Virus record (IMG/VR): IMGVR_UViG_3300005193_000001
Span: 186,001-250,000 of that record
DNA from: an uncultured virus (IMG/VR IMGVR_UViG_3300005193_000001)
Taxonomy: Duplodnaviria > Heunggongvirae > Uroviricota > Caudoviricetes
Length of the DNA: 64,000 nt
Direction: 5' to 3' (one strand)
The notes below the pieces were generated by a model. It worked only from the letters and a program-made list of their open reading frames with translations, ran no database searches and was not told where the DNA came from. Positions 29,047-38,869 of this stretch are shown here, one piece after another. A program made the translations under genes and the position numbers. How positions within the stretch are numbered: the first letter of the stretch is position 1; every line of letters starts with the position of its first letter.

Positions 29047-31213
29047 TCTGCTTCTGGTCTAAGAATTTTTCGTTCATGGTGTCTTTAACATCCGAAATGC
29101 TCTCAACATCAATAAACTCACTATCGTCGCCGTACATTTCCGTGAAGTTCTCTTCGGAATTGTTACCTATATAGTAGCTAATAACCGAAATGTCGCTACG
29201 GCGGAAGTTCTCTATCTGCTTTTTCGTGTGTTCGAGAGCCGGGTCTCCGGAATAACGAACCCCTCCACTACGAGTAAAGTACGGCATTCCGTCTGAGAAG
29301 TTAACGAAGAAGGAATTTCGGCCTTGACTCCCTTCCAAGATCTTTTCTCTCATGGTTTCAAACGCAAGTCCCTCGGGCGTTGTTCCAGAGCCCTCGAAAT
29401 AAGGGAACACGTTCTTCACGTAGTCCATGGAGTCTCTCGCGCTATCGTAAGCGAGAAGAAGCAAGGGGCGCTTGTCACCGGAAACCTTACAGGTGGAACG
29501 AAAAGATACTTGGCATCTGAAGTTTCTGATCATGCTCGATGCCTGAGCGAGAGCAACGGCAGTCTTCACCGCTCGTGTAAACTTCCCCGCTCCGTTCATG
29601 GACCCGCTCGAATCAACGGAAACGTGTAGGAAACCTGACTGATACTCTTCAGTCTCTTCGGTGTAGAAGATGCGACTGGAATACCCAATTTCGGCAAGAA
29701 GGTTATCGTCGATCTTGCCCTTCCGCTTTCGGGTGTACTTTGTAGTTCTCTTCTCGTCAAAGACTCTGAGCTTGTTACCGAGAATCTTGCCCATTTCAAT
29801 ACCTTCTCGTACCGCATCCTCGGTGTCCGAATTCTTGGAATCTGCGACGGGATCAAGCTTGTCGCAATTGGACTGAAGAAATGACTCGGAGACTCCGCCG
29901 ACGAAGATAGAAGAGACGGAAACGTCGAAGCTGTCTTCGAAATCCGGCTGCATGGGGATAGCGGAAGAATCGGTGTCGTCGTCAGAATCGTCACTTCCAA
30001 CTTCGACCTCTTCAACGTCCGAATTTTCGAAGAATTCCACCTCCTCCAATTGCTCAGGATCGATATCATCCCCGGCTTCGCCTTCCATGTGCTCAATCTG
30101 GTCTTGCATCATTTCTTCGACGCCTTCCGGAAGACCGCCATCACCGTCGTCACCCTCTTCTCCTTCGTCGGAAGGATCTGCATCGCCTCCTCCAGACTGC
30201 CCAAACTTAGGGTCTACGTAGATATCTTCCAAGTGGTCAAGAATGACGCGGAAGATATCACAGGCAACTTCGAAGCTATCGCGACTTGAATCCAGACGGT
30301 CGATGTTGCCGACGTCCAAAATGTCGTCGATCTCGCGAAGTCCAGGAAGAGCATCCGGGTTCCATTCGGAGTTAGTGATGTTCGTAACCCGGAAAGCGTA
30401 AGAGTTCCAGTCGGGCTTGATGGAGAAGATATCAATGAACTTCTCCTTGACTTCCTGCTCTGGTGTACCGTCGTCCAGAGAATCGAGCGCGTCAGACGCC
30501 GCGTCTGCAAGAGAACCGGGGGCTTCCCGAGACTCTCGCAAAAGAACGTCACGAAGGATAGCACCCTTCTCAAGTTCCTCAACTACCTCTTCCCTACGGT
30601 CGTCATACTTGAATATCTCGGAAATCTCGTCGCTGTGCCAGTGGGTGTTATACATCTGGATGTAGTAGCCCCAATATCCGGGACGCCTGTTGTATGCCCA
30701 ATTATCTATCCACCTGTCTTCAACGACGTTCCAAAGAAGATGAAGAGCACGAGAAGCTTGCTCTTCGGGGTCAAGATCTGACTTCTTTCCCGTCTTGTTC
30801 TCGAACTCTTTGTACTCGTCGCTCTTTTTGACCTTAGGCTCCATTTTGTCCACAATGTCCTGTGGAACGATACTTCCGTCTTGGAGCTCGTTTAAAATAT
30901 CAAAGTCCGAAAGAACGACGTGACTCGACTCGTGAAGAGCGGTCCCGACTGTAGAATCGAAGTTCTCTCCGATCTCGCTGGGGATAGTAACAGTCTCTCC
31001 ATCGGTGTGGGCGTCCGGGCTTCCATCGGAAGAATCTCGAAACTCGACGTTCACGGATCGACCAGCCATGATCCGAACGAATTGGGAAATCTCCTTCTTG
31101 GCCGCGATGAACTCCTCGGTAGAGAATCCCTCTTCCGAATCCAGCCCACGCTTAACCGGGCTGTCGTCATCAAGCCAAAAATTGGCGTGCCTTTTTCTAC
31201 CGTTATATAACAT
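29027..31213 (-). CDS. vWA-domain protein with N-terminal HExxH (CobT-like partner of MoxR ATPase)
   Basis: AHTDG, ALHESSH, WNVVED, acidic linker, MIDAS VDSSGSM, GTTPEG, NFSDG. Confidence 0.88.
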   Translation of the reverse strand: MLYNGRKRHANFWLDDDSPVKRGLDSEEGFSTEEFIAAKKEISQFVRIMAGRSVNVEFRDSSDGSPDAHTDGETVTIPSEIGENFDSTVGTALHESSHVVLSDFDILNELQDGSIVPQDIVDKMEPKVKKSDEYKEFENKTGKKSDLDPEEQASRALHLLWNVVEDRWIDNWAYNRRPGYWGYYIQMYNTHWHSDEISEIFKYDDRREEVVEELEKGAILRDVLLRESREAPGSLADAASDALDSLDDGTPEQEVKEKFIDIFSIKPDWNSYAFRVTNITNSEWNPDALPGLREIDDILDVGNIDRLDSSRDSFEVACDIFRVILDHLEDIYVDPKFGQSGGGDADPSDEGEEGDDGDGGLPEGVEEMMQDQIEHMEGEAGDDIDPEQLEEVEFFENSDVEEVEVGSDDSDDDTDSSAIPMQPDFEDSFDVSVSSIFVGGVSESFLQSNCDKLDPVADSKNSDTEDAVREGIEMGKILGNKLRVFDEKRTTKYTRKRKGKIDDNLLAEIGYSSRIFYTEETEEYQSGFLHVSVDSSGSMNGAGKFTRAVKTAVALAQASSMIRNFRCQVSFRSTCKVSGDKRPLLLLAYDSARDSMDYVKNVFPYFEGSGTTPEGLAFETMREKILEGSQGRNSFFVNFSDGMPYFTRSGGVRYSGDPALEHTKKQIENFRRSDISVISYYIGNNSEENFTEMYGDDSEFIDVESISDVKDTMNEKFLDQKQNEARSI

Positions 31214-31217
31214 AATG

Positions 31218-32201
31218 CTATGTCATTTGGTTGGCGAAACGACGATCATCGGCACCAAAGAGATCATCGAAGGCTCCATCAGTGTCGATGATACCCTGAA
31301 TGACCTTGTTGGCGTACTCTCGACGGGAATCGTCTTCGAAGTAAGGAAGCACCTTCAAGCGAAGAGCTTCGTGAATTGTGTATCCGTCTCGAACCAAAGA
31401 CGCGACCTTGACGCTTTGGCGAGTTGACACAATGCGGTCAAGAACCGAATCAGATTCAGCTTCGAACCGGATTTGACCTACTACCGCAGCGATATTTTCA
31501 AGCTTCTCGTCGTCAACCTCGGGAAACTTGATCTGGAGCATATCGAACTCTTCCTCCTTGTCGAGAATATCGGCCTCGATAACGGAAAAACGCTCCCAAA
31601 TAGCTCGATCAAGCTCTCGCGCCGAAGTGTACTGAACGCCGACGTTAGCGGTGGCCTGAAAGCTGACGCCATCCGCCACGGGAATAACGTCCTGCTCGTG
31701 GGACTCGTCAAGCTGCAGATACCTCTGCTTCTCGTCGAGAACGGGCATCAGAATGTTCCAAGCGTCGGGATTTGCCCTCGTGATCTCGTCAAGGAGAATG
31801 GTCGCATTCTCCGTCCGAATGGCTTCGACGAACTTAGAGGGCTCAAATCGGGTGGTGCCGTCTTCGGCTTCGCGGGTGCCAACGAGAGTGGTTCGAGCGT
31901 CCTGTGTGGAACCGAGATTGAAGTGATAAAACGGGCGTCCGAGTGCTTTCGCCATTTCGATAACGAGCAAAGTCTTCCCCGTTCCGCTGGGACCCGTAAC
32001 GATGAGATCGTTTCCACGAAGAGACTCTCGTGCCGTATGTCTCCACTTCAGGGGATCAATCTTGTAATAATCAGGCTTCAATTCTTCGACCTTCTCCTGA
32101 AGAAAATATTGCATTCCGTCCACCGAATCCGGAGCCTCTATTAGCTCCGAATTCGAATCTTCGACGGTGGAGACAACATCAGTGACCTTTTCCTGGTTCA
32201 T
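31218..32201 (-). CDS. MoxR/CobS-like AAA+ ATPase
   Basis: GPSGTGKT, ILLDEITR, ATAN, LDRAIWERF, STRQ. Confidence 0.92.
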   Translation of the reverse strand: MNQEKVTDVVSTVEDSNSELIEAPDSVDGMQYFLQEKVEELKPDYYKIDPLKWRHTARESLRGNDLIVTGPSGTGKTLLVIEMAKALGRPFYHFNLGSTQDARTTLVGTREAEDGTTRFEPSKFVEAIRTENATILLDEITRANPDAWNILMPVLDEKQRYLQLDESHEQDVIPVADGVSFQATANVGVQYTSARELDRAIWERFSVIEADILDKEEEFDMLQIKFPEVDDEKLENIAAVVGQIRFEAESDSVLDRIVSTRQSVKVASLVRDGYTIHEALRLKVLPYFEDDSRREYANKVIQGIIDTDGAFDDLFGADDRRFANQMT

Positions 32202-32535
32202 GGGGTGAGGCGTTGTTATTAATGACTAACGCAACCCTTTTAACAAACCCGAACTTCATTTGTTTCCAAATCTTCGTCTTCTTCACAAGAGCTTTACATG
32301 CCGCGAACGTGATCGGTAGCGTTGGGAAATTCCTTAGCCGCCCTTCTGTAATCACCGAAGACCAGTTCGTCTTCAAGATTCTGTTCCCCTCCCGCCGCGT
32401 GTATTTCCACCAAATGACTAGGATCGCGGTCGAAGTTGTCGTAGCCCTTGTATTCTGCGGGGTAGAGAGACTCGTGCCAAATGACGTATACTTTTTGACC
32501 GTGCTGAAAGTTTTTCATAGATGCGTAGAATTTAA

Positions 32536-34668
32536 TTAAGTCCACTGAGAAGCCTCAGGTCCGGGCTGGACCGAGACCGAGGATGAATCCCCATATACTT
32601 CGACCCGCAGCACGTTCTTCGAGGAATCGACTTTGAACAAGTGATTCTCTATTTCGTCGTTCTGATCTTCGATTATAACGTAAACGTCTCCACCGGGCTC
32701 CGCCGTAATGTCGATTGGAGCAAGGATAACATCGCCGGGGTCGGGTTTGTTGATGTCGTTTGAATCTATCGCGTCAATCTGATTCTCGATAAACGTAGCA
32801 TCCTCGTAATCGAGAGTCCAGATCTCGTTAGTAGTGCTGAGTTCTATCTTCTTAGCTTTGCGGTCGTCACTGGCGGTGTAAAGGTAGTCTTCGTCAACGT
32901 CCAGTGCATTAATCGAGTCGTCGTGAATGTTAACGAGCTTTTCCGTTTGATCCCCGGAGTCGTTACTAAATCTCACCTCTCCATTAACCGCACCGGAGTA
33001 TGCAAACCCTTCGCTGTCGCCAACGAGAGCGGACACGTCGTTCAGATGGTCGGTGAATCGGTTTATCTCGTTTCCATCGGAATCGAGAAGAATAACTTCG
33101 GGATCCGGCGATTCGGTTCCGGCGTACACCCTACCACCAGAAGTAGCCGCAACGGTAGTTACTCTGTCGCTGGAAGCTCCAAACAGCCAAGACTGGAGAC
33201 CAGAAAGACCTACACCATAAACGTCGTTTCCAAAGGCCGCTACCGCAACGTCATCGGTGGTAAGCGTCACGGAATTGATGGCTTGCAGTCCCGACGTAAT
33301 TCCGGGATCAGAGTCCGGAAAACTCCAAATCCTCTCGCCGGACTTCGTCAGCTTAACGACTCCATTTTCATCGGCGTCGGCAAGAAAAGCGTATCCTACG
33401 TTATCGGAAACGGAATCGATAGCGTCACCAGAACCGTAAGTCCAGACTTGGTTTCCATCGGGGTCGATTTTTCTGAATCTGGGAGTCCCAGACCCTGAAA
33501 ACCCAATGAAAGCATCGAGCGCGTCCGTGCGGCTATCGTAAAAAAGGTGGTTGGAAATGTCGGGACTGCCAATATAAGTGGTAATATCCAGCCTCTCGCT
33601 CTCCGTCATATCGACGTTGTAGAGGTAGCTGATCATTGATGCTACCTTGTTGGAAAACTCGTGATCTTGGGCCTGAGGAAACGCCAAGAACTCGAAAAGC
33701 TTCACGTCCAGTCCAACGTCTTCGGGGTCCAGGACGATTTCGGTATCTGCGTTCTGAAACGTACCCGTCAAGCCAACCTTTCCTCGATCAAATTCTCTAT
33801 TCACGGCTCCTTCCGCTTCTCCAGCAGCGGTGTCTATGCCCAACTCAGCGAGAACGAAGTCGTCGGCCCTCGTCGCCTTCTCGTATACCGTGCCATCGGC
33901 AAAGTCCGACTCTATTGAAACGTCCCGTTGTGCATTTCGAACCTGCACGTGGACGTTGGTACCCTGCTTGACTTCAAAAACGGGAACGTCTCGGGAAGGA
34001 AGCTGGTCCCACTGGAGAAGGATATAAATAGCGCCGTCTCTGGAATCGAAAAGTTGGTCTGGAGCCGTGATGGTGGACGCCGAATTCCCGGACGCGTAGT
34101 AGGGAATGGCCTCGTCCGTGTGCTTCGTGAACTCCGAACTGTCGGAAATGAAGTTGATATCGAACTTAGGAACGGTCCAGAGATCGAAATTTTCGAAATC
34201 CGTGATTCCACGAGAAGTGAAGTCACCGTCCCGGAACGTACCTGAAAGCCTCTCGAACTCGGAGGAAAGCCGAGAAAGGAGGGTGGCGTCGGTCTTTGGG
34301 TTCCAGACTCCATTTTGAAAGAAAAGCTCGAACTCGCCAACGTTCCCACTGTCGTCTTCGACTTCGTAAGTTATGATGTGGTCGGTTCCCGGTCTAGCGG
34401 TTTGTGTATAAACCGTGAAATCAATATTAATAATCGGGTCTCCGTTCTGGTTTGTGTCTTGCTGAGAAGTAGCATTTACCACGGGAGAGAACGTGGCTCT
34501 ACCTCCAGCTTCATCACCGTAAGCCCGGACGGAAAAACCAACCAGAGAAAGTGGGCCAGCATTCGCAAATCCGTCGCTGAGGGAGTGGGTTCTACGAAAC
34601 TCTATTCTCCCTTGCTGATCCGGAGAAGACGTTTCTCTCGTTTCTTGAGCAATACTGTTCAGTGCCAT
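32536..34668 (-). CDS. probable virion protein with C-terminal beta-propeller
   Basis: Repeats KIDPDGNQVWTY, KLTKSGERIWSF, LLDSDGNEINRF, YLYTASDD; beta-rich N-half. Confidence 0.75.
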   Translation of the reverse strand: MALNSIAQETRETSSPDQQGRIEFRRTHSLSDGFANAGPLSLVGFSVRAYGDEAGGRATFSPVVNATSQQDTNQNGDPIINIDFTVYTQTARPGTDHIITYEVEDDSGNVGEFELFFQNGVWNPKTDATLLSRLSSEFERLSGTFRDGDFTSRGITDFENFDLWTVPKFDINFISDSSEFTKHTDEAIPYYASGNSASTITAPDQLFDSRDGAIYILLQWDQLPSRDVPVFEVKQGTNVHVQVRNAQRDVSIESDFADGTVYEKATRADDFVLAELGIDTAAGEAEGAVNREFDRGKVGLTGTFQNADTEIVLDPEDVGLDVKLFEFLAFPQAQDHEFSNKVASMISYLYNVDMTESERLDITTYIGSPDISNHLFYDSRTDALDAFIGFSGSGTPRFRKIDPDGNQVWTYGSGDAIDSVSDNVGYAFLADADENGVVKLTKSGERIWSFPDSDPGITSGLQAINSVTLTTDDVAVAAFGNDVYGVGLSGLQSWLFGASSDRVTTVAATSGGRVYAGTESPDPEVILLDSDGNEINRFTDHLNDVSALVGDSEGFAYSGAVNGEVRFSNDSGDQTEKLVNIHDDSINALDVDEDYLYTASDDRKAKKIELSTTNEIWTLDYEDATFIENQIDAIDSNDINKPDPGDVILAPIDITAEPGGDVYVIIEDQNDEIENHLFKVDSSKNVLRVEVYGDSSSVSVQPGPEASQWT

Positions 34669-34853
34669 TCTCGCTTTTTCTATGTCTTAGTGAATGTCAT
34701 GGAGGCCCCATCCTTAAATTCGACCGTAACTTCTTCCACATCGTCTTGTTCGTCAAATACCCGAGCGACTCCGGGAGAAGCTTGGGACAAATCGGTCATA
34801 GAGACTTCCATTGAAGTATCTTCTTCGGTACTAACTTTTACGGTTTCCATTAG

Positions 34854-36427
34854 TTATTGAGCCGTGTGTTGAGAAATATGAACTCTGGAAAATTGCATGA
34901 CCTCGTAGTCATGCACGATCCAAACCGGGGCTTCACTTCCACTGCGTTGCCCGGTGTCGATCATAAACAGAGAAGGAAAGGGTAAATCCTCCTCGCTCTC
35001 GTGCTGTTCTTCGATCATATTAAGGGCATGATTGAGTCCTGTAATAACCGAGTCGTTACGCTGACGAATTTCATTTTTAGAAGGGAAAGGCATTACGCCC
35101 TTTTCTACGATTTGCTCCGTATCCCCGCTCTCAAACCCAGATTGTACCGCACCAGCATAAAGTTCTCGGACTTGATTGTGACTAAAAACGGGCACTTGCC
35201 CATAAATTTGAGTATCCATATTTGATCTTTGAATAACCTCTTCTGATTGAAAAGCGTCGATAATTCGCTTTAAGACGTTCACTGTTTGTAAGTATCAAGC
35301 CCCATGTTTGGGCCTAGTGAAAACTCGCACTTTCATATTCAATAGCTTCTGCCTTGATCTTGTTCCGCCAATAAGGATGGTCGGCTCTCTTCAACATTTC
35401 CTCGGCGTCTCCTACGTGTTTAGCCCACCTATAAGCCCATTTCGAACCTTGAATCTTATCCTTGACGACGTCGGAATCCTCGGGGACCCACACCCCCCAA
35501 ATAAAAGCTCCCCTGCTATCGGTAGCTATCTTTTCTCTTATATCTTCCTTCTTCTCCTTGTCCGGCATAAATCGGGCGAAATTAGCAAGGGCTTCTTCGG
35601 ATTCAACGTGTTCAATCATCAATTCAGAGAAAAGGCCAACCGATCTCATCCAGAATACGGCCCCCTCTTCGCTGTTAACGAAGTTAGCAATATAGGAAAG
35701 CTCCAATTCTTTAAAGGCTGTTGAGTAGCGTATAGCCAAAAGAACGGGATCATCAGTCATAAGTTAATATGTACCTTCTGTCGAAAAGTCTCTTAGCACG
35801 TCCTTTCCTCCGCTGATGCCAAATATCTTCGTACTTTCTGGACATGCCCGCATATTCCATATCCTCGTCGGACAGATCCGGAAGTCCAGAATCCTCCGAA
35901 AACCTGACTTCGACCTCGTCGATGTAAGGATCGGTCCAATTTTCCCTTTCCTTCGTGTACCAATTATATATTCTAGCTATTTCTTTCCAATCCTTAAGTC
36001 TTTTCTTTCTCCTTTCTGAGAGCTCGTCAGGTGTCTTTACGTGTTTCTTGGGATCTGGCGGGGTCTTCATATGATTTAGTGCAGCGCGTCCCCATTTAAC
36101 TCTGGTCTCTCGGTCGGGTGGCATCGTTTTTGGAGCGTCGGAAACCCGGTAAGCTATATCGGCCAAATAACCCTCCACATAAAGAACGAGCTTTCTAAAC
36201 AACTGCTCGTCCATTTCCCAAGACATAGAGCCCGGAGAATAAGAGCTGACATATTTTCTCTTTCCCACACGTCCTATTTTGCGTGAATATTTGTAAAGGA
36301 CCGAATAGACGAGGAACCTGTAAACCGCGCCTCTGGTGGTGTCCATATTCCTATGATCCAGAAGCCGCTCTTGCAACCAAGAAGCGACGTACCTCAGTAC
36401 CCTTGAAAAGTAAATGTAATAGTTCAT
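34854..36427 (-). other. three hypothetical CDS (34854-35282, 35314-35760, 35753-36427)
   Basis: Co-oriented ORFs with no recognised motif. Confidence 0.6.
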
Positions 36428-36472
36428 GGCGCTACTCGGCTATTTACAATTGCAAAAAGACGAAAGATCAAA

Positions 36473-37570
36473 ATGCTCAACGAAATCAAAGAAAAGCTGG
36501 AAATCGGGGATTACAGATTTCCGCTGGAAATCGACCGTGAAAAAGATCTCGAAACCGATCATAGTCATGTGGGAGAAAAAGCCGTGATAAACGACAACGC
36601 CAACGAGATTCTGGCGGACGAACGTGGAAAAGAGGTTAGGATCACGGGTGTTTACAAAAAGTTCGGTCAAATAGTAGCCTATAGAGCTAAGCTCGATGGT
36701 GAAACAATTTACGGTCTCAAGAAAGACTTCTACGTTCACAGAAATTATGTTGAAGACGTTCATGCGGACAGCGCTTTATCCTGCAAGATAAAAAACGTTC
36801 TCGGCCATTGGCAAGAACAACACGACTATGTTGGCCCTGAATGGAGTGGAGTGGAGCTAATGAACTTCGAACTCGCGAAAGTAGCGAAGGGGGCACATTT
36901 GGAAAGCGCTGGGTGGTATGAATACGAAGCTTCGAGTCGTCCCGACATGGATGGAAAAGACTGGAGGCTTTACGTTCCGGATATGAACGGAGCAACGGCA
37001 GTAAATTGTCATTCCGTGCTTCACGACAACGTATGGACACTAACGACCACCGTTCATTCTACCAGAGAAGTAGACGAAAGTGAACTCAATTTAATAGGAC
37101 ATGAAGACCATTGGCAACGCACCCTGACTTGGACCATAAGGACGGCAGAAATTCTCGCCACCGATGGATACGAGTACGAAAAGCCAATTAAAGATTTGAA
37201 AAAGAGAAAAGCTATCTCGAAGCAATTAACGGAGTATGGTAAAAGAGTGATGCCTCAAGTAGTGGAAGCTTGCAGAAGGGCAACGGGCAAAAACATAGAT
37301 CCCAACTTTAGAGGATTCTCCATTGGCCTTTCCAAGATGCCTTTAGGCCCCGGAAAAGTTGGAAGGCACATAGGCCACACGGATATAAAGGACTATAGCG
37401 TCATTACTATTCATCCCGAGGCTTTAAAACAGGGAGACGAGTTCGTGGAAATAGTAGTTAAGCACGAACTCATACACTATGTACTAAACTATGTCTCAAA
37501 CCCAACACACAACAACGAGTTCGTGCGAGCGGGTAGAGAACTCGGCATCCCAAGAAGATTCTTGGACTAA
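36473..37570 (+). CDS. protein with C-terminal SprT-like zinc metalloprotease domain
   Basis: ITIHP..IVVKHELIHY..THNNEF; TATTTA 26 nt upstream. Confidence 0.75.
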   Translation: MLNEIKEKLEIGDYRFPLEIDREKDLETDHSHVGEKAVINDNANEILADERGKEVRITGVYKKFGQIVAYRAKLDGETIYGLKKDFYVHRNYVEDVHADSALSCKIKNVLGHWQEQHDYVGPEWSGVELMNFELAKVAKGAHLESAGWYEYEASSRPDMDGKDWRLYVPDMNGATAVNCHSVLHDNVWTLTTTVHSTREVDESELNLIGHEDHWQRTLTWTIRTAEILATDGYEYEKPIKDLKKRKAISKQLTEYGKRVMPQVVEACRRATGKNIDPNFRGFSIGLSKMPLGPGKVGRHIGHTDIKDYSVITIHPEALKQGDEFVEIVVKHELIHYVLNYVSNPTHNNEFVRAGRELGIPRRFLD

Positions 37571-37644
37571 CCGAAAACCCTGTTCAAATAAATCCTTAAG
37601 GTGGCGACCGAAATGGCGAACATCAGCGTGCTAATAAATCCCAT
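37567..37644 (-). CDS. 25-aa hydrophobic peptide MGFISTLMFAISVATLRIYLNRVFG
   Basis: Short ORF directly downstream of a perfect GAAAC-N16-CGTGTAA site. Confidence 0.4.
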   Translation of the reverse strand: MGFISTLMFAISVATLRIYLNRVFG

Positions 37645-37679
37645 CTGCCTGAGGCTTTTTTGTCATCTGTTGCGTTACC

Positions 37680-37723
37680 TTACACGCGCAAAGAAGGGCT
37701 TGGTTTCGTTAAGCCTCTGTTAA
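37680..37723 (-). promoter_or_regulatory. ECF-like promoter with 11-bp repeat boxes
   Basis: TTAA-N7-TTAA-C-GAAAC-N16-CGTGTAA. Confidence 0.7.
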
Positions 37724-38869
37724 GCGAGAAAGAAGAACGTCTTTATCAGTCACTTCTTCCGAAAGTTGTACGCGATGAGCTTCGTCTAAAAGCTCACCGA
37801 TCTTCGGACCTTCCTCGAACCCGGCGTCCAAAAGATCCTGACCAGATAGCACGGACCTGAGAGGAACGTCGTCGGGCTCCGAAAAAAGAAGAGGGTTCAT
37901 GCCGAAAGCTCGAACCCCGATGTTGCGAGAGAGGTTCAAGACGTCGAAGAAATCGGCAAGCATTCTTCGCCTCTCGAATTCGGTCATTGTGAAGTCGAGA
38001 CCGTCGAGAAGCTCCGACGCCCTTCTCGCATCCGAAACGAGCCCATTTGGAAGCTTGAGAGCAACCTGTATATCGTCAAAATCGAGAGAAGTGTTGTTGT
38101 TTACGATCACGAAAAAGGCAACAAGCCTCTCGTGAACACCCTCCAAAGCCTCAATCATTGAAAACCAACGAAACACAGGCTCTCCAAACACGTCTTCAAG
38201 AATACCAAGATCTACCAGCCCTTCCAGGAACTGACTCGGCCTCTGGTCCTGAAATGCCTTCTTGATCTCCATAAACACGCGCTCTTCGGAAACGTTCTCT
38301 ATAACCTCAGGGGCCACACTCTCCATCGCGCCCCACTCGTCACTTCTGATATCGAAACCGAACCGGGACGCAAATCGAAGGGCACGAATTACGCGCAAAA
38401 AATCTTCTCGGAACCTCCGTTCAGGATCTCCGACCGTGCTGACGACACCTTGATGAATGTGATCCCAGCCTCCAAAGGGGTCGATTACTTCGTCACCATC
38501 GAAGGCCATGGCATTGATCGTGAAATCCCGTCGAGCCAGATCTTCTTCTACCGAATCTGCAAACTCCACGGTGGCATTACGGCCATCGGTAGAAACGTCA
38601 CGACGGAAAGTAGTGATTTCGAATTCTCCGCCGTCTTCCGTAATAGCAGTAACGGTTCCGTGACCAATGCCCGTCTCTACGACGTTCATACCCTCGGCTT
38701 CGCACTTTTCCATCGTTACTTCCGGAACGTCAGAAGTGGCAAGGTCAATGTCATCGGATTCTCGACCTACAATGGAGTCTCGAACTGCGCCGCCGACTAC
38801 ATGCACGTCGGACAAAAAGTCGAATCTATCGACCGCATCCTGAACGAGAACCGAAGTGGAATTCATCAC
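37709..38869 (-). CDS. cca: CCA-adding tRNA nucleotidyltransferase (class II)
   Basis: VVGGAVRD..DIDLAT, EITTFR, DLARRDFTINAMA, EDFLR template motif. Confidence 0.93.
   Translation of the reverse strand: MMNSTSVLVQDAVDRFDFLSDVHVVGGAVRDSIVGRESDDIDLATSDVPEVTMEKCEAEGMNVVETGIGHGTVTAITEDGGEFEITTFRRDVSTDGRNATVEFADSVEEDLARRDFTINAMAFDGDEVIDPFGGWDHIHQGVVSTVGDPERRFREDFLRVIRALRFASRFGFDIRSDEWGAMESVAPEVIENVSEERVFMEIKKAFQDQRPSQFLEGLVDLGILEDVFGEPVFRWFSMIEALEGVHERLVAFFVIVNNNTSLDFDDIQVALKLPNGLVSDARRASELLDGLDFTMTEFERRRMLADFFDVLNLSRNIGVRAFGMNPLLFSEPDDVPLRSVLSGQDLLDAGFEEGPKIGELLDEAHRVQLSEEVTDKDVLLSRLTEA

Noticed and set aside
29027..32201. Cobalamin biosynthesis (cobS/cobT) annotation
   Set aside because: No cobN or other cob genes; generic MoxR/vWA pair
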